From Giardia intestinalis (taxonomy: Eukaryota): DNA of 64,000 nt. This document shows, piece after piece, positions 19,856 through 29,447 of this stretch. The notes under the pieces were generated by a model that was not told the origin of the DNA, did no database searches, and saw only the letters and a program-made list of their open reading frames with translations. A program made the translations under genes and the position numbers. Each line of letters opens with the position of its first letter. Positions within the stretch are counted from its first letter, which is position 1. The stretch lies in assembly GCA_000002435.2 (NCBI GenBank), contig CM018792.1; one strand, written 5' to 3'.

Positions 19856-20906
19856 CTTTTTAATCCGCGACTGGGCGATTGGGTGGGCTCAATCGCTTGG
19901 GCTCAGATCGGGGCCTGTATAGGTCTACAATGGTCACCGTGGCAGTCGTTGTCTCCCTTCTCATCATAGCGGCCGTCGCCCTCACATGCTGGCTCGTCCT
20001 GCGGAGGCGGCGGGGATCGAAGCCGATCTCGAAGAAGAGGGCAGCGGCCGAGAACGTGGAGCTCATGGGGACGGTGGACGAGTTCTAGCTCTGCGGCTGG
20101 CGGGCCGCAGCTCATAGAGAGTGAATGCTTAGGGCCCGGATCATCCCCTGGACTGACGCCCAGCCCCTTGCAAGCGCCTCCCGGACCGCCAGATCGTGGC
20201 CTGCCCCCAGCGGGTGGGTGCCACCGGCCTCTCAGTGCACAAACCTCAAGCTAGGGTGCAGGTAAGAAGACAACTTTGGTCATCGCGCCTCAGATGACCA
20301 TACTGCTGCCACAGCAGCGAAGCTGAGAGTGTACTAGGTACTATGTTGCCACGTTCCTGGTCGAGAGGCCAGCCGTGATATCCATAGGACCGGACTCTCA
20401 GGGACTGACTAATACTTGATTCAGCCAACGGATTGTATTGGACGTAAAGAGGTAGCGGACATCTACCTTTACGACTCACTATAGATCAAGATACAGGAAC
20501 CCATTGGGCTGATCCTTGGTTTCGCACGTAGCTGACGGTGAAGTACACGATGGATACCGCGACAGTCGAGAAGAGAGAGTATTGCTGTAGATTGTATTGT
20601 GATTGAGATACACAATCAGCAGGGCAAAAATCTGCAAATAAGGAGCACAATATGATACAGAAGTAACAGAGATTGCAGGGAGCAGTACTACTTAAACACC
20701 TTGTAAATGGATTGGACAATATCAGGATTTTCAATTTCAATTCATAGATCCTCGTATGTAATGTTGTGGATTTACTCAAGTTTCCCAAAAACTAGTATCA
20801 GCATCCAATAATATGGTAAAAAGATACACAGCAGTATTATTCAGCACTATTAAGGTCAAAGATTTTCTAATGGATTTATTATTAAGCAAGACAACAATTT
20901 CTCTGA

Positions 20907-22418
20907 ATGCTGGTCTTATTACTTCTCTCCGCCATTTTATCATGTGACATGAATACACCTTTCACTGAGGAGCCCAGCCATGGGATGGGTGTGCGTTTCA
21001 CTCAGCGTGGATTGGAGAAGTTTTGTCAGAAAGGTTATGCTATTATTCCTGATATCATCTCTGCAATGCCTTCACTTCAGGTCCCAGAAGTAACTGTTGG
21101 ACCTCTCAAGTTTACTTTGTCAAATGTCAAACCTCGCGCAGCGCGCGTCTCGACTATGAAGGTTCATTTGCAGGACAACAACTTTGTCAAGATGGAGGCC
21201 CGGGACGGCATCATGCAGATCTCGATGCGGCTTAAAACTACCATCACTGGGATCACCGGGACCGTCGACTGCACCTTCACCCTCAAAGACTTCGGGGCAG
21301 ACATCTCCCTGAGGATCGGAGATGACCCCACCTGTCCCTATCACTTCGGGCTCTTCGAAATATTGAATGTCATATACTCGTCTGGGCTCGACATCGATGC
21401 CATCGGACTCGACACAGGCGGATCTGTCCTTGCAACTGCCATCCAGGGCATGGCGCCCACGTTGGAGACCTTAATAAAGGACACCGTACTGCAGTTCCTC
21501 TTAGATACCATCTTTAAGTCGATAAAACAGTCAATGCTTAATTTGGGCCTTGTTGCTTATGTTGGTAATTATTGCACTGATCAGCGTTATATCGGCGGGA
21601 TCAATATCATCGACAACAAGATAGTGGCAAACCAAGGAGGATATTCTATGATTGAAGATCCAATGGATTGGCCCATCCAAAAAGTCTATCCAAACAAGAT
21701 CACCTCTCCTCCTCCAAAAACAGTCTACACTAATCGAGACTATGAGTTCTATCTTGACAGAGAGTCTTTTAACTCTTACTTATACATCTGGCATACGAAG
21801 TACGACAAGTTCAAGGCAGACGGTCTCACTGTTCCGTACAGCACCATCAGGGCGCAGAACATACCCGGCCTTGCAGAGGCTCTTGTGGAGGCCGGACTAC
21901 TAAACAATGTTAACGACCTTGGACTCGGGGTCACCTTGACTCTGTCGGTCAGCCCCTCCAAGGACACTGCTCCCCACATACCGTGGATCGGGGCGGCTGC
22001 ACTACCGGTCAACCTCACGGGGGCACTCGTTGTGACAGCCAGCAAGGCTTCCACCTCTGCTTCTAAACTGTTGGTTAGTGCAGAAGGCAATGTGCTCTTC
22101 TCTGCTCGACCTCGACTGAGAAAGCACACGTATGGGTTTAACAACGACCAAGCCCGTGCATACTTAGAACTCACTGAGCTAGCTAATATCACCATAACTA
22201 AGGAGGATAGAGGAGCCATGCATGAGTCCGAGCCCCTGCTGAAGTATCTAGTTCTAAACAAGTACCTCCCTTTTGTCAACAGCATTCTCATTGACCCAGG
22301 AGTATGCCTCATGAACGGGAACTTCATTGATCTTGCTAGCGTCACTCCTGTTCAGTTGTGCGACGAGGACAGGGTGCTTTTCGTCGCCGACATTGAGAAG
22401 AATCAGTACTTCACTTGA
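20907..22418 (+). CDS. Secreted BPI/LBP/CETP-family lipid-binding protein (BPI-like)
   Basis: ATG after an AT-rich leader. Signal peptide MLVLLLLSAILS. The N-terminal region (GLEKFCQKGYAIIPDIISAMPSLQVPEVTVGPLKFTLSNVKP...) resembles the BPI N-terminal barrel (ikipd.sg...lg...y.f.sl.i..f.lp). Its ~500 aa length is typical of the family. Confidence 0.55.
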   Translation: MLVLLLLSAILSCDMNTPFTEEPSHGMGVRFTQRGLEKFCQKGYAIIPDIISAMPSLQVPEVTVGPLKFTLSNVKPRAARVSTMKVHLQDNNFVKMEARDGIMQISMRLKTTITGITGTVDCTFTLKDFGADISLRIGDDPTCPYHFGLFEILNVIYSSGLDIDAIGLDTGGSVLATAIQGMAPTLETLIKDTVLQFLLDTIFKSIKQSMLNLGLVAYVGNYCTDQRYIGGINIIDNKIVANQGGYSMIEDPMDWPIQKVYPNKITSPPPKTVYTNRDYEFYLDRESFNSYLYIWHTKYDKFKADGLTVPYSTIRAQNIPGLAEALVEAGLLNNVNDLGLGVTLTLSVSPSKDTAPHIPWIGAAALPVNLTGALVVTASKASTSASKLLVSAEGNVLFSARPRLRKHTYGFNNDQARAYLELTELANITITKEDRGAMHESEPLLKYLVLNKYLPFVNSILIDPGVCLMNGNFIDLASVTPVQLCDEDRVLFVADIEKNQYFT

Positions 22419-25400
22419 GTATTCATATTTATCCCATCTGGCACATACACAAGGAACCAAGCTATATCCGCGAACGGCCTCCTTTGAATAAAGAACGCCA
22501 TCTCCGGTTTAGTTTTTAATGTAAACTCTTGTGCAGACTCTCGAGCGTGTGCTGACCACGGCAGCCGGTACCGTTGTCTAGCAGTCTCATACTAGAATGC
22601 AGGGTCATGCATTGTTTCAATAGCAGGTATGAGCAATACCGCACTGAGAACTGCACAGGCCAGAAAGATGATGGTAGCTAGCGAAGATGCTCAGTGTTTA
22701 ATAAGGCCTCGTACTCACAGACCATGGTCCACACCAATACGTGGCTAAGATATACACAGATCGATGACTTCTCAGGAGAGAACTAGACAAACTAGTGAGC
22801 AGGAGCACAGCAGTGTACGGTTAGCATTGCACAAGCAAGGTAGCAGACAACACAATGGAGTCGGTGAGAATGGCGTCTAAAAGGGAGATGGTGCATGCAG
22901 GACCGATACACGAGCGCGCAGGATAGCGCAATCCTTCTAACAAAACTCGAGACGCTTGGGACCGAGCAAGAACTGGAGATGGCCATGCATGAAGTTCAGC
23001 TCCCTTGCGGCTATGGAAGGACAGTAGCATGCTAGTCGTTACATACACGTTCCCAAAGGTTGTGATATCACGATGCATACAACCAGCAGATCAATAGGAT
23101 GGTTTGCTGGACAAAGTGCCTTCCCATCGTATTGAGAACTTCAGTGTGCAGATGAAGCAACGAGGCGCACATCCCCACACTATAGGTGACGGATGGACGA
23201 GACGATATGAGAGCCTGAGGAGAGGCAGCAAATAAGTGCCCGGTGGTATTAGCAATACCATTAGTCTCTATGCCCATAGTAGCGTTCTACAGTGGAAGGA
23301 CCAGATGTTCATGGTACTAACGGGCAGTGGCTCGATGGGTAGATCAGTCGTAGCTTGTAGACTCCTAAGGCTATCCAGGTGGAGCGGTGGGTCAAGGCAA
23401 GGACAACTCCAAGCTGTACTAGAAGGTAGCGCTGGGTACCATTCCAACCCTCGGAGGATGCTTCCAAAACGACTGCACAACTCGACGAGGAGACACGTAG
23501 TCGTGCTAGAAGTTGCTGGTCCAGGCTGGTAGCTCTGGATAAGAAGTTGTCTCCCAGTGTTGTCTGCAGCAATAAGATGGACCTCGAGTGCGCGCACGCT
23601 GCCGCGGACTGTCGCCCTGCCACTCGGAGGGATGCGGTGGACCCGCTCGTGGTAGAAGGCAGCGAGGGCCTACGACGTCCTTCCAGTGGGCGCAGGAGTG
23701 GCCAGCGTCAGCTGTGGGGCCGCTCGAACAGGCTCAGCCCTCGTACCGGCTCCTCCCCGGCCGCTTCATTCACGGTGCCACCGAGAAGACGCGTGCCCTG
23801 ACTCGCGAACCAAGGCGCTGACCATGGAGCAGCGACATGCGGTAAGTAGAGTACAAAAAATCCACAACACCGGCAAGCGATGCACTCGGGCAAAGGTGCC
23901 TCCTGCCTCGGGAGATCATGCATCTAGACACCGATGCTGCTCTTCCGTTGCTGCGGCTCCAGGCTTCCAGATAGTCCGGCCCTTTCCAGTATCACACATC
24001 CTCTTCTATCTGACATGAGACCAGGACTACGGTGCTCTGAGCTCTGAACGTCGCCCTATGGGTGTGGCGGAATTTTACAGCCCTCACTGTCGAGCGGCCT
24101 TACCCATAGGCATCCCCACAGCTCAGGGCCAGCAGGCGTAGGTGGCGCCCTTGCAGTGAGCCCCAGAGAACAGCCAGCGCGGAGTTTGATACGATCCTTA
24201 TCATACCTCGCCAGACCTGGTCGAGAGCGCCCCCATTTTCCATAGAATGGCCCCCAACACAGTCCCAAGGCTGGGCGTAATGGGCAGCCTTTGGATTGCA
24301 GGGCGACACAGTGGATACTAGTGCACCCCGGCGAGACCTTGTGACCTGCTTCAGAGGTTGCAAGAAATGCCCGTCTCTGGCCTACGTTTGTGCTAACGCT
24401 ACGGTTTCAGAACGAAGCGAGGGAAGAACGCCTTGCCAGGCTCCGTGGTAGCCCGTCTGTTTGGGAGACTGCAGATTACTGACTTGTGCGAGGCAACCGG
24501 AGGAGCCTGCTAGGCCAGACTACGAGGACTATGAGAGCCGCGGACATAGCAGCCACACGGCCCCTACCTTCTTTCGGCTTCTCGAATCTCAGTTGGCGCA
24601 TCTGGCTGTGCACGACTCTATTTCCCTTTGTCAGGTGCATGGCGCGAGGGTAGAGCAGCCCAGTCACAGCGTTCAACGCGTCTACTGCTGGATGGGCCCG
24701 AATAGTAGAAGAATGCCTATGGGTGTAATGACAGCGGCGATTCACGGGCAGTCCACGATTGTACGTTCCACAGCCACCGACCGGAGTAGCCTTCGACTGG
24801 GCGTGTCTATACTAAGCCGTGGGCTGCTCTTCGAGGCTCTAGATGCGTTTGATCCCTGCTCATGCATCCTGGCCTTATGCCTGCGGGTCTTTGGCTCGCA
24901 GCTATCTGGGCTTTGTCTACCATGGACCGTTCGCTATGTATCCTTGTTCCTGGAAAGCCCTCTAATGGCTGACAGAACAGGATCACAGGCTCCTGTGTCG
25001 CCGCAGTACGTGTCCGTTTCCTTCACCAGGTGATCGTACTCTCGCAAATGACTCTGCCACCGGCTCTGTCGTCTTGGAAGAGTCTATACTGCAGGACTTC
25101 CCGTGAACTGTTTCTATGCAGATTAGAAATCTTACGTGCTTACCAACGTAGGGATCCAATAACATGGCGCCATGCTCACAGTCCCAGGGTCACCAGACAA
25201 TGGAGCACGGGGCTGAGAAACTCAGATTGCAGCAGTCCAGCTCTTGAGAATCCCTGCATATATTAGGACAGAGTGACTGGGCTAGCACACAGTGACATAT
25301 TGAACCAGCCAGAGAGGCAAACAATCTCCTCTCATGTAAGACCCCTGTATATCTAGGGCGCCCAGACCATCTGAACTCGTAGGCATGCATCCAGTTCAAT

Positions 25401-26869
25401 ATCGGTAATCTAAGCACTGATAGACCGGTTGTGAGGCAGAGCCAGTGCCGACCCCAAGAGCTCAACTGCTCTGAGGCAGCACATTGTAGGCTATAACATT
25501 CTACACACTTCTGCTGATCGACCTCGCGCTCCAGCTGGCGGCAGAGGAGTGCACAGAAGTAGCTGATGGCCGCCACAGCCACTGCACGGGCCTCCAGGGC
25601 AGGGGGTCTCTCTGCCACTGCAATCTGCAGCAGCGTGGGGGCCGCCCCGTGTGCTGCCCCCTCTGCCGTAGCGGGGCTTCAGGCATGCCATCGGGACTGT
25701 CCGACGGTCGCCGGTTGGGCCCTGTGTGACAGCAACAGACGAGAAGACTGTCCCACAACGACATGCCCTCGCTGGAGGACTGTCAGCAGGGCGGGGGAAG
25801 CTGCGGCCCACTGGGCGGGTGAACGATCTCCGTGGGTCCAGGCGCACTTCACTGCGGGTCTGTCGGCTCAGGCTCTGATGGGCGCCGCGATCGCTCTGCC
25901 CGGTCTGGCAGATCACGGGGGACCTGAGGCCGGCCTATTGGGAGGAGGACCGGGACCCTCGCTGATGGTCGAGCAGAGTCACCACAGGGGGGCATGAGCT
26001 CGAGTGAATGAGGGCCCTCTTAGCAGCGCGCATGTCAACCGAGCAAGGAGAATGACATAGCAGACACCAAAGGAGCCATGACCTTCTGAGCCCTCTGAGG
26101 TTTGTACTAGGCTCGCTGGGCTTATCAATCTCAGGCTCTGGTTCGCTCGAGTGAGCACTGCAAGGGTGGGAAGGGAACCTAAATGGAGATAAGCCTCCAC
26201 AAGTGGCGGACAGAGTATCTGTGATCGACACTTGCCACTGATGCTGTCTGGCAACTTGGCTTCGAGAGGCCCATTGAGTAGGCACTCCAGGCAGTAACAA
26301 CGCAGTCAGCTAGCCACTGCTCTAGACTGCTCCTGGAGACCTGCAGCGAGGAAAGGCGAAGTCCCTAGAGCTTACCGATGCAGTGCCAGAGCTTATGCTC
26401 TTCTTCGATGATCTGCTGAGGCTATCTCAACGGCTCCAAGATTATGGAGAGGGAAGCTTGATAGTAGGAATTCATAATCAGTGCTGCTCAGGACCCAGTA
26501 AGCCCTCCTCTCCAGTCATGGCGAGCTGCCGGGCCCTGGGAACGTCAGATGGCCTTGCCGATGTGCATGGGCGGTGGGTAAGAGTTCCTCAAATGTCTAC
26601 GGTTCACCGGAGCTGTTTTACTACAGGCTGTCAGGCTTCTTCCATGACATCACAGGGTTTTTGAAGCAGAGGCCCGGCAGAAAGAAGGTGGTGATAAGAT
26701 AGCCAGGTCTCCAGCAGTGCAACAGAGAAGACCCTTGCTCTATTAACCACGACTCGCTTCTGTTTCTGGACACAATCGAGCATTGACTGAAGTTACTCAC
26801 GGGATCCTTGGGGTGTGCTCGTAGGCAAGGGTCCTAGCAGCACAACGCTGAAGATGACTGGTAGACGGA

Positions 26870-27775
26870 ATGAAGAAGTCCGAAGCTCTAGTGCCCACCC
26901 TGCACTGGTGCCCAGCCGGCTACAACCCCACAATTGAAGTCATCTCTCATTGGGCACTTGCCACACAAGGCAAGAAGAGCAGAGGGGATCCAGGGCGTAC
27001 AATCCGTGTTTGGTGCGCTATCTGGATGATCTGTAAACAATACCGTGAATCGCAAGCTTACCAGTACACGCGTTTCCTTTGTGACCATGGAATAAAAATG
27101 TCGTCTACAGATTATTCAGGTCAATTCCTTCAGGAGCACGACTGCGCCCCACCCCTCATGTCTGAGAAGAACACCGACGATGAGTATACGAGCGAAGACA
27201 GTCCCACCGAGTCTTCAGAGATGGATGGTGAAGATGGCGTGGACGAGGACGGCGTCACTGAGCTCATGAAGGCGGCCAGACGAAACGACGTAGATGCAGT
27301 GAAGCGCTATATTCCTCAGCAGGCGGGAATGGTGGCGAAGTTTTTCAGGGCAAGGATGGTAGATATACACGGGGGGACGGCCCTGATGGTCGCCGCGGTG
27401 CTTGGACACGCTGAGGTGGTGAAGCTGCTGATGAAGCACGAGAGCCGCATGAGGAGCAGCAATGAGTACACGGCCCTCATGTGGGCGACAGCCAACGAGC
27501 GTATCGAGGTTGTGAGGCTACTCCTGGATGCTGAGGGCTGCATGGAGAGGGACAGGGGCTTTACTGCCCTCACAATTGCAGCATACTTTGGTTGTTTGGA
27601 CTGTGTCAAAGTGCTGTTGGAGAAGGAGAAGTACATAAGCAGCAGGTCTGCTCTTTGCGTAGCTGATATGAATGGTCACCCCGAGGTGGTGTCTCTTCTC
27701 AAGAGTGAAGGCGTTGGACTGGAGGAGCCCCGTCTACGGATGCCGCCCAGAAAGCCCGTGAGTGAACGCGCCTAA
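26870..27775 (+). CDS. Ankyrin-repeat protein (Giardia protein 21.1-like)
   Basis: At least five ankyrin repeats: GVTELMKAARRNDVDAVKRYI..., GGTALMVAAVLGHAEVVKLLM, YTALMWATANERIEVVRLLL, GFTALTIAAYFGCLDCVKVLL, ...DMNGHPEVVSLLK. The start is uncertain; the N-terminal 100 aa lack repeats. Confidence 0.6.
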   Translation: MKKSEALVPTLHWCPAGYNPTIEVISHWALATQGKKSRGDPGRTIRVWCAIWMICKQYRESQAYQYTRFLCDHGIKMSSTDYSGQFLQEHDCAPPLMSEKNTDDEYTSEDSPTESSEMDGEDGVDEDGVTELMKAARRNDVDAVKRYIPQQAGMVAKFFRARMVDIHGGTALMVAAVLGHAEVVKLLMKHESRMRSSNEYTALMWATANERIEVVRLLLDAEGCMERDRGFTALTIAAYFGCLDCVKVLLEKEKYISSRSALCVADMNGHPEVVSLLKSEGVGLEEPRLRMPPRKPVSERA

Positions 27776-28077
27776 CTGTTGATTGCATCCGACGATGGAC
27801 TAGAATCTCCCTCAGCTGTGCAGCAAACAGACACCTCAATGAAGTGGTGGCTGTCAGTGGATCACGCAGCTGCCCGTTTCCGCAGAGGCCAGGGAGAGCA
27901 GGCCTCCTTGCCCCTGGCCAGCACTGGAACGCCGGTGGGTGAAACGGTCGCACGGGTGGCCTTCTCGCTCCTGATGCAGTAGTCCTCCGCAAGCATTGGT
28001 CACTACAGATCTGTAGACATAAACCTCTGTGGAAACAGATCGTTTCCAAAACGGTAGATTACCAAAATAATACCAGG

Positions 28078-29374
28078 ATGGACACTGCCTTGTCTGGGTC
28101 TGCAACAACAGCTGTCAGTGTCCCACCGTTCACCCCTAGGGAGGTTCATGAGCGGTTAGGTGATGTGCTTAATGAAAACACCATGGGGACAGTCTACTCT
28201 CTCAAAGCTATCTGGGCCTCGCTGTAAAGGTCATTCAGCTTGGAGACCTGGACAAGGATGACGTGGAAATCATCAGACTAGAGCTGACCACCCTCCCCGA
28301 CCTCTCCAACCCAGGGGTTCTCAGGCACCACCAGGTGCTTACGGACGAGGGCTTCACCTACATCGTCATAGACCGCCACGACAAGACCCTCGAGCGCCTC
28401 CTTATAGAGCACAAACGAAGGAAGACTCTCATCCCTATCGCTGTGATCCTCTCCGCCATGAAGCAGGTCGCTGCCGCCCTCGCCTACCTCCACGGCCTCA
28501 GCGAGGTAAGTGCTAACAGGCTTGTCCACCGCGACCTCAGGCCTACCAGCATCCTTATCAGCGCAGACGGAGAGCGCTTCGTCATTGCTGATTTCGGCCT
28601 CTGTAAGGACGCCCTGTGGAGTGGGAGCACTCTCATGGGAATAATGGCGTACATGGCCCCCGAGGTGCTCCTCCGTAATGAGACCAGCCCTGCTTCCGAC
28701 GTGTGGAGCCTCGGGGTCATCCTCTACGAGATGGCCACTCTAAGGAAACCGGACTTCCTAGAAGGTAAAGACCCAGCAGAGGTCTTCGTGACGGGTGGAG
28801 GCCGGACCTGAGCGGTGTCACTGATGGCTTCATAAAGAGTGTTCTGGAGAGGATACTCGTGCTGGAGCCAGAGAGGAGGCCGATGGTCAGGGAGCTGCAC
28901 GAGACGCTCGCTACATTCGACATCCCAGTTAGTGAGCTGGGGCATCGGTGTGTGGCGCTAGAGGACAAGTGCAGCGCCTTGGAGACTGCGATGAGTAATA
29001 TTAATGACAGGATTGCTATTCTTGAGGCGGCCCTCGAGAGCAAGCCGACCAGGGACCGCGCCGAGCTCTGGATGCATCGATGGAGAGGAGCTCTTAGTAT
29101 GTTATCCACAACCAGCCATCGTCTCCGGACGGTCGAGAAGTGGGCGCAGCTTACCCATGAGACCTCTGAGCGCACCTGCAGGCGGGCCCAGCGATACAGC
29201 GACAGCAATGTACAGGAGTGCGCCCCGAACAATCACTCCACAAAGGTGCGTTCTGAGTCTGGCCCTCACCGATCCTGTTCCTATCGAAGCCAGGGGGAAC
29301 TGCGCTATCAGCCGACCTCTGGTGGGTGTGCTCCTATCTTGTCCTTCTCCAGTACAACTGATCAAGGAGAGTAA
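28078..29374 (+). pseudogene. NEK-like kinase paralog disrupted by at least two frameshifts (pseudogene, or assembly indels)
   Basis: Frame 1 reads MDTAL...RLGDVLNENTMGTVYSLKAI and then hits TAA at 28225. A second frame carries AVKVIQL...YIVIDRHD...AAALAYLHGLSE...LVHRDLRPTSILI...ADFGLCKD...YMAPEVL...DVWSLGVILYEM...AEVFVTGG. A third frame (from ~28793) carries GWRPDL...LVLEPERRPMVRELHETL plus a coiled coil. The colinear, intact paralog is the kinase at 18929-19855 (GWRPDLG...LVLEPERRL). Confidence 0.5.
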
Positions 29375-29447
29375 GAGCGGCTGTCTCTCACTGCTCGCGG
29401 CAACACACCAGCCTGACGGAAGAGCAGTGGCACGTGTACTCCGGCTA

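Noticed and set aside
19112-20115. A 285-aa antisense ORF and several nested ORFs overlapping the GC-rich kinase.
   Set aside because: Stop codons are AT-rich and are nearly absent from 75 percent GC DNA. No kinase-independent motif is present. The sense kinase explains the region.
20471-20484. A 14-nt exact match to the core of the bacteriophage T7 promoter (ACGACTCACTATAG). This raises the possibility of cloning-vector contamination.
   Set aside because: The flanks do not continue the T7 promoter. It reads TTT-ACGACTCACTATAG-ATC instead of TAAT...GGGAGA. No polylinker or vector-like sequence surrounds it, and it sits in an AT-rich intergenic gap. A chance occurrence is unlikely in 64 kb but plausible genome-wide. 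It is flagged only as something to screen with a vector database.
18900-26870. The possibility that the GC-rich stretches are rDNA or a retrotransposon such as the GilM or GilT elements of Giardia.
   Set aside because: No similarity was seen to the extremely GC-rich Giardia rRNA 5' region, CATCCGGTCGATCCTGCC... I found no reverse-transcriptase motif (YXDD) and no endonuclease motifs in any frame. I also found no terminal repeats.
28506-28519. GTAAGT...CTAAC..AG (gtaagtgctaacag) inside the frameshifted NEK kinase. It looks like a 5' splice site, a branch point and a 3' splice site.
   Set aside because: It is only 14 nt long, which is shorter than any known spliceosomal intron. It is not a multiple of three, so removal would not restore the frame. 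The paralog at 18929-19855 also has an insertion at this position, between the LAYLH helix and the HRD loop, so the residues are probably coding.
29004-29447. The in-frame open extension upstream of VSP1. The track ORF starts at 29004, giving a 941-aa product.
   Set aside because: The extension is not VSP-like. It is GC-rich and therefore stop-poor, and it overlaps the tail of the NEK pseudogene frame. A canonical ATG plus hydrophobic leader occurs at 29448.
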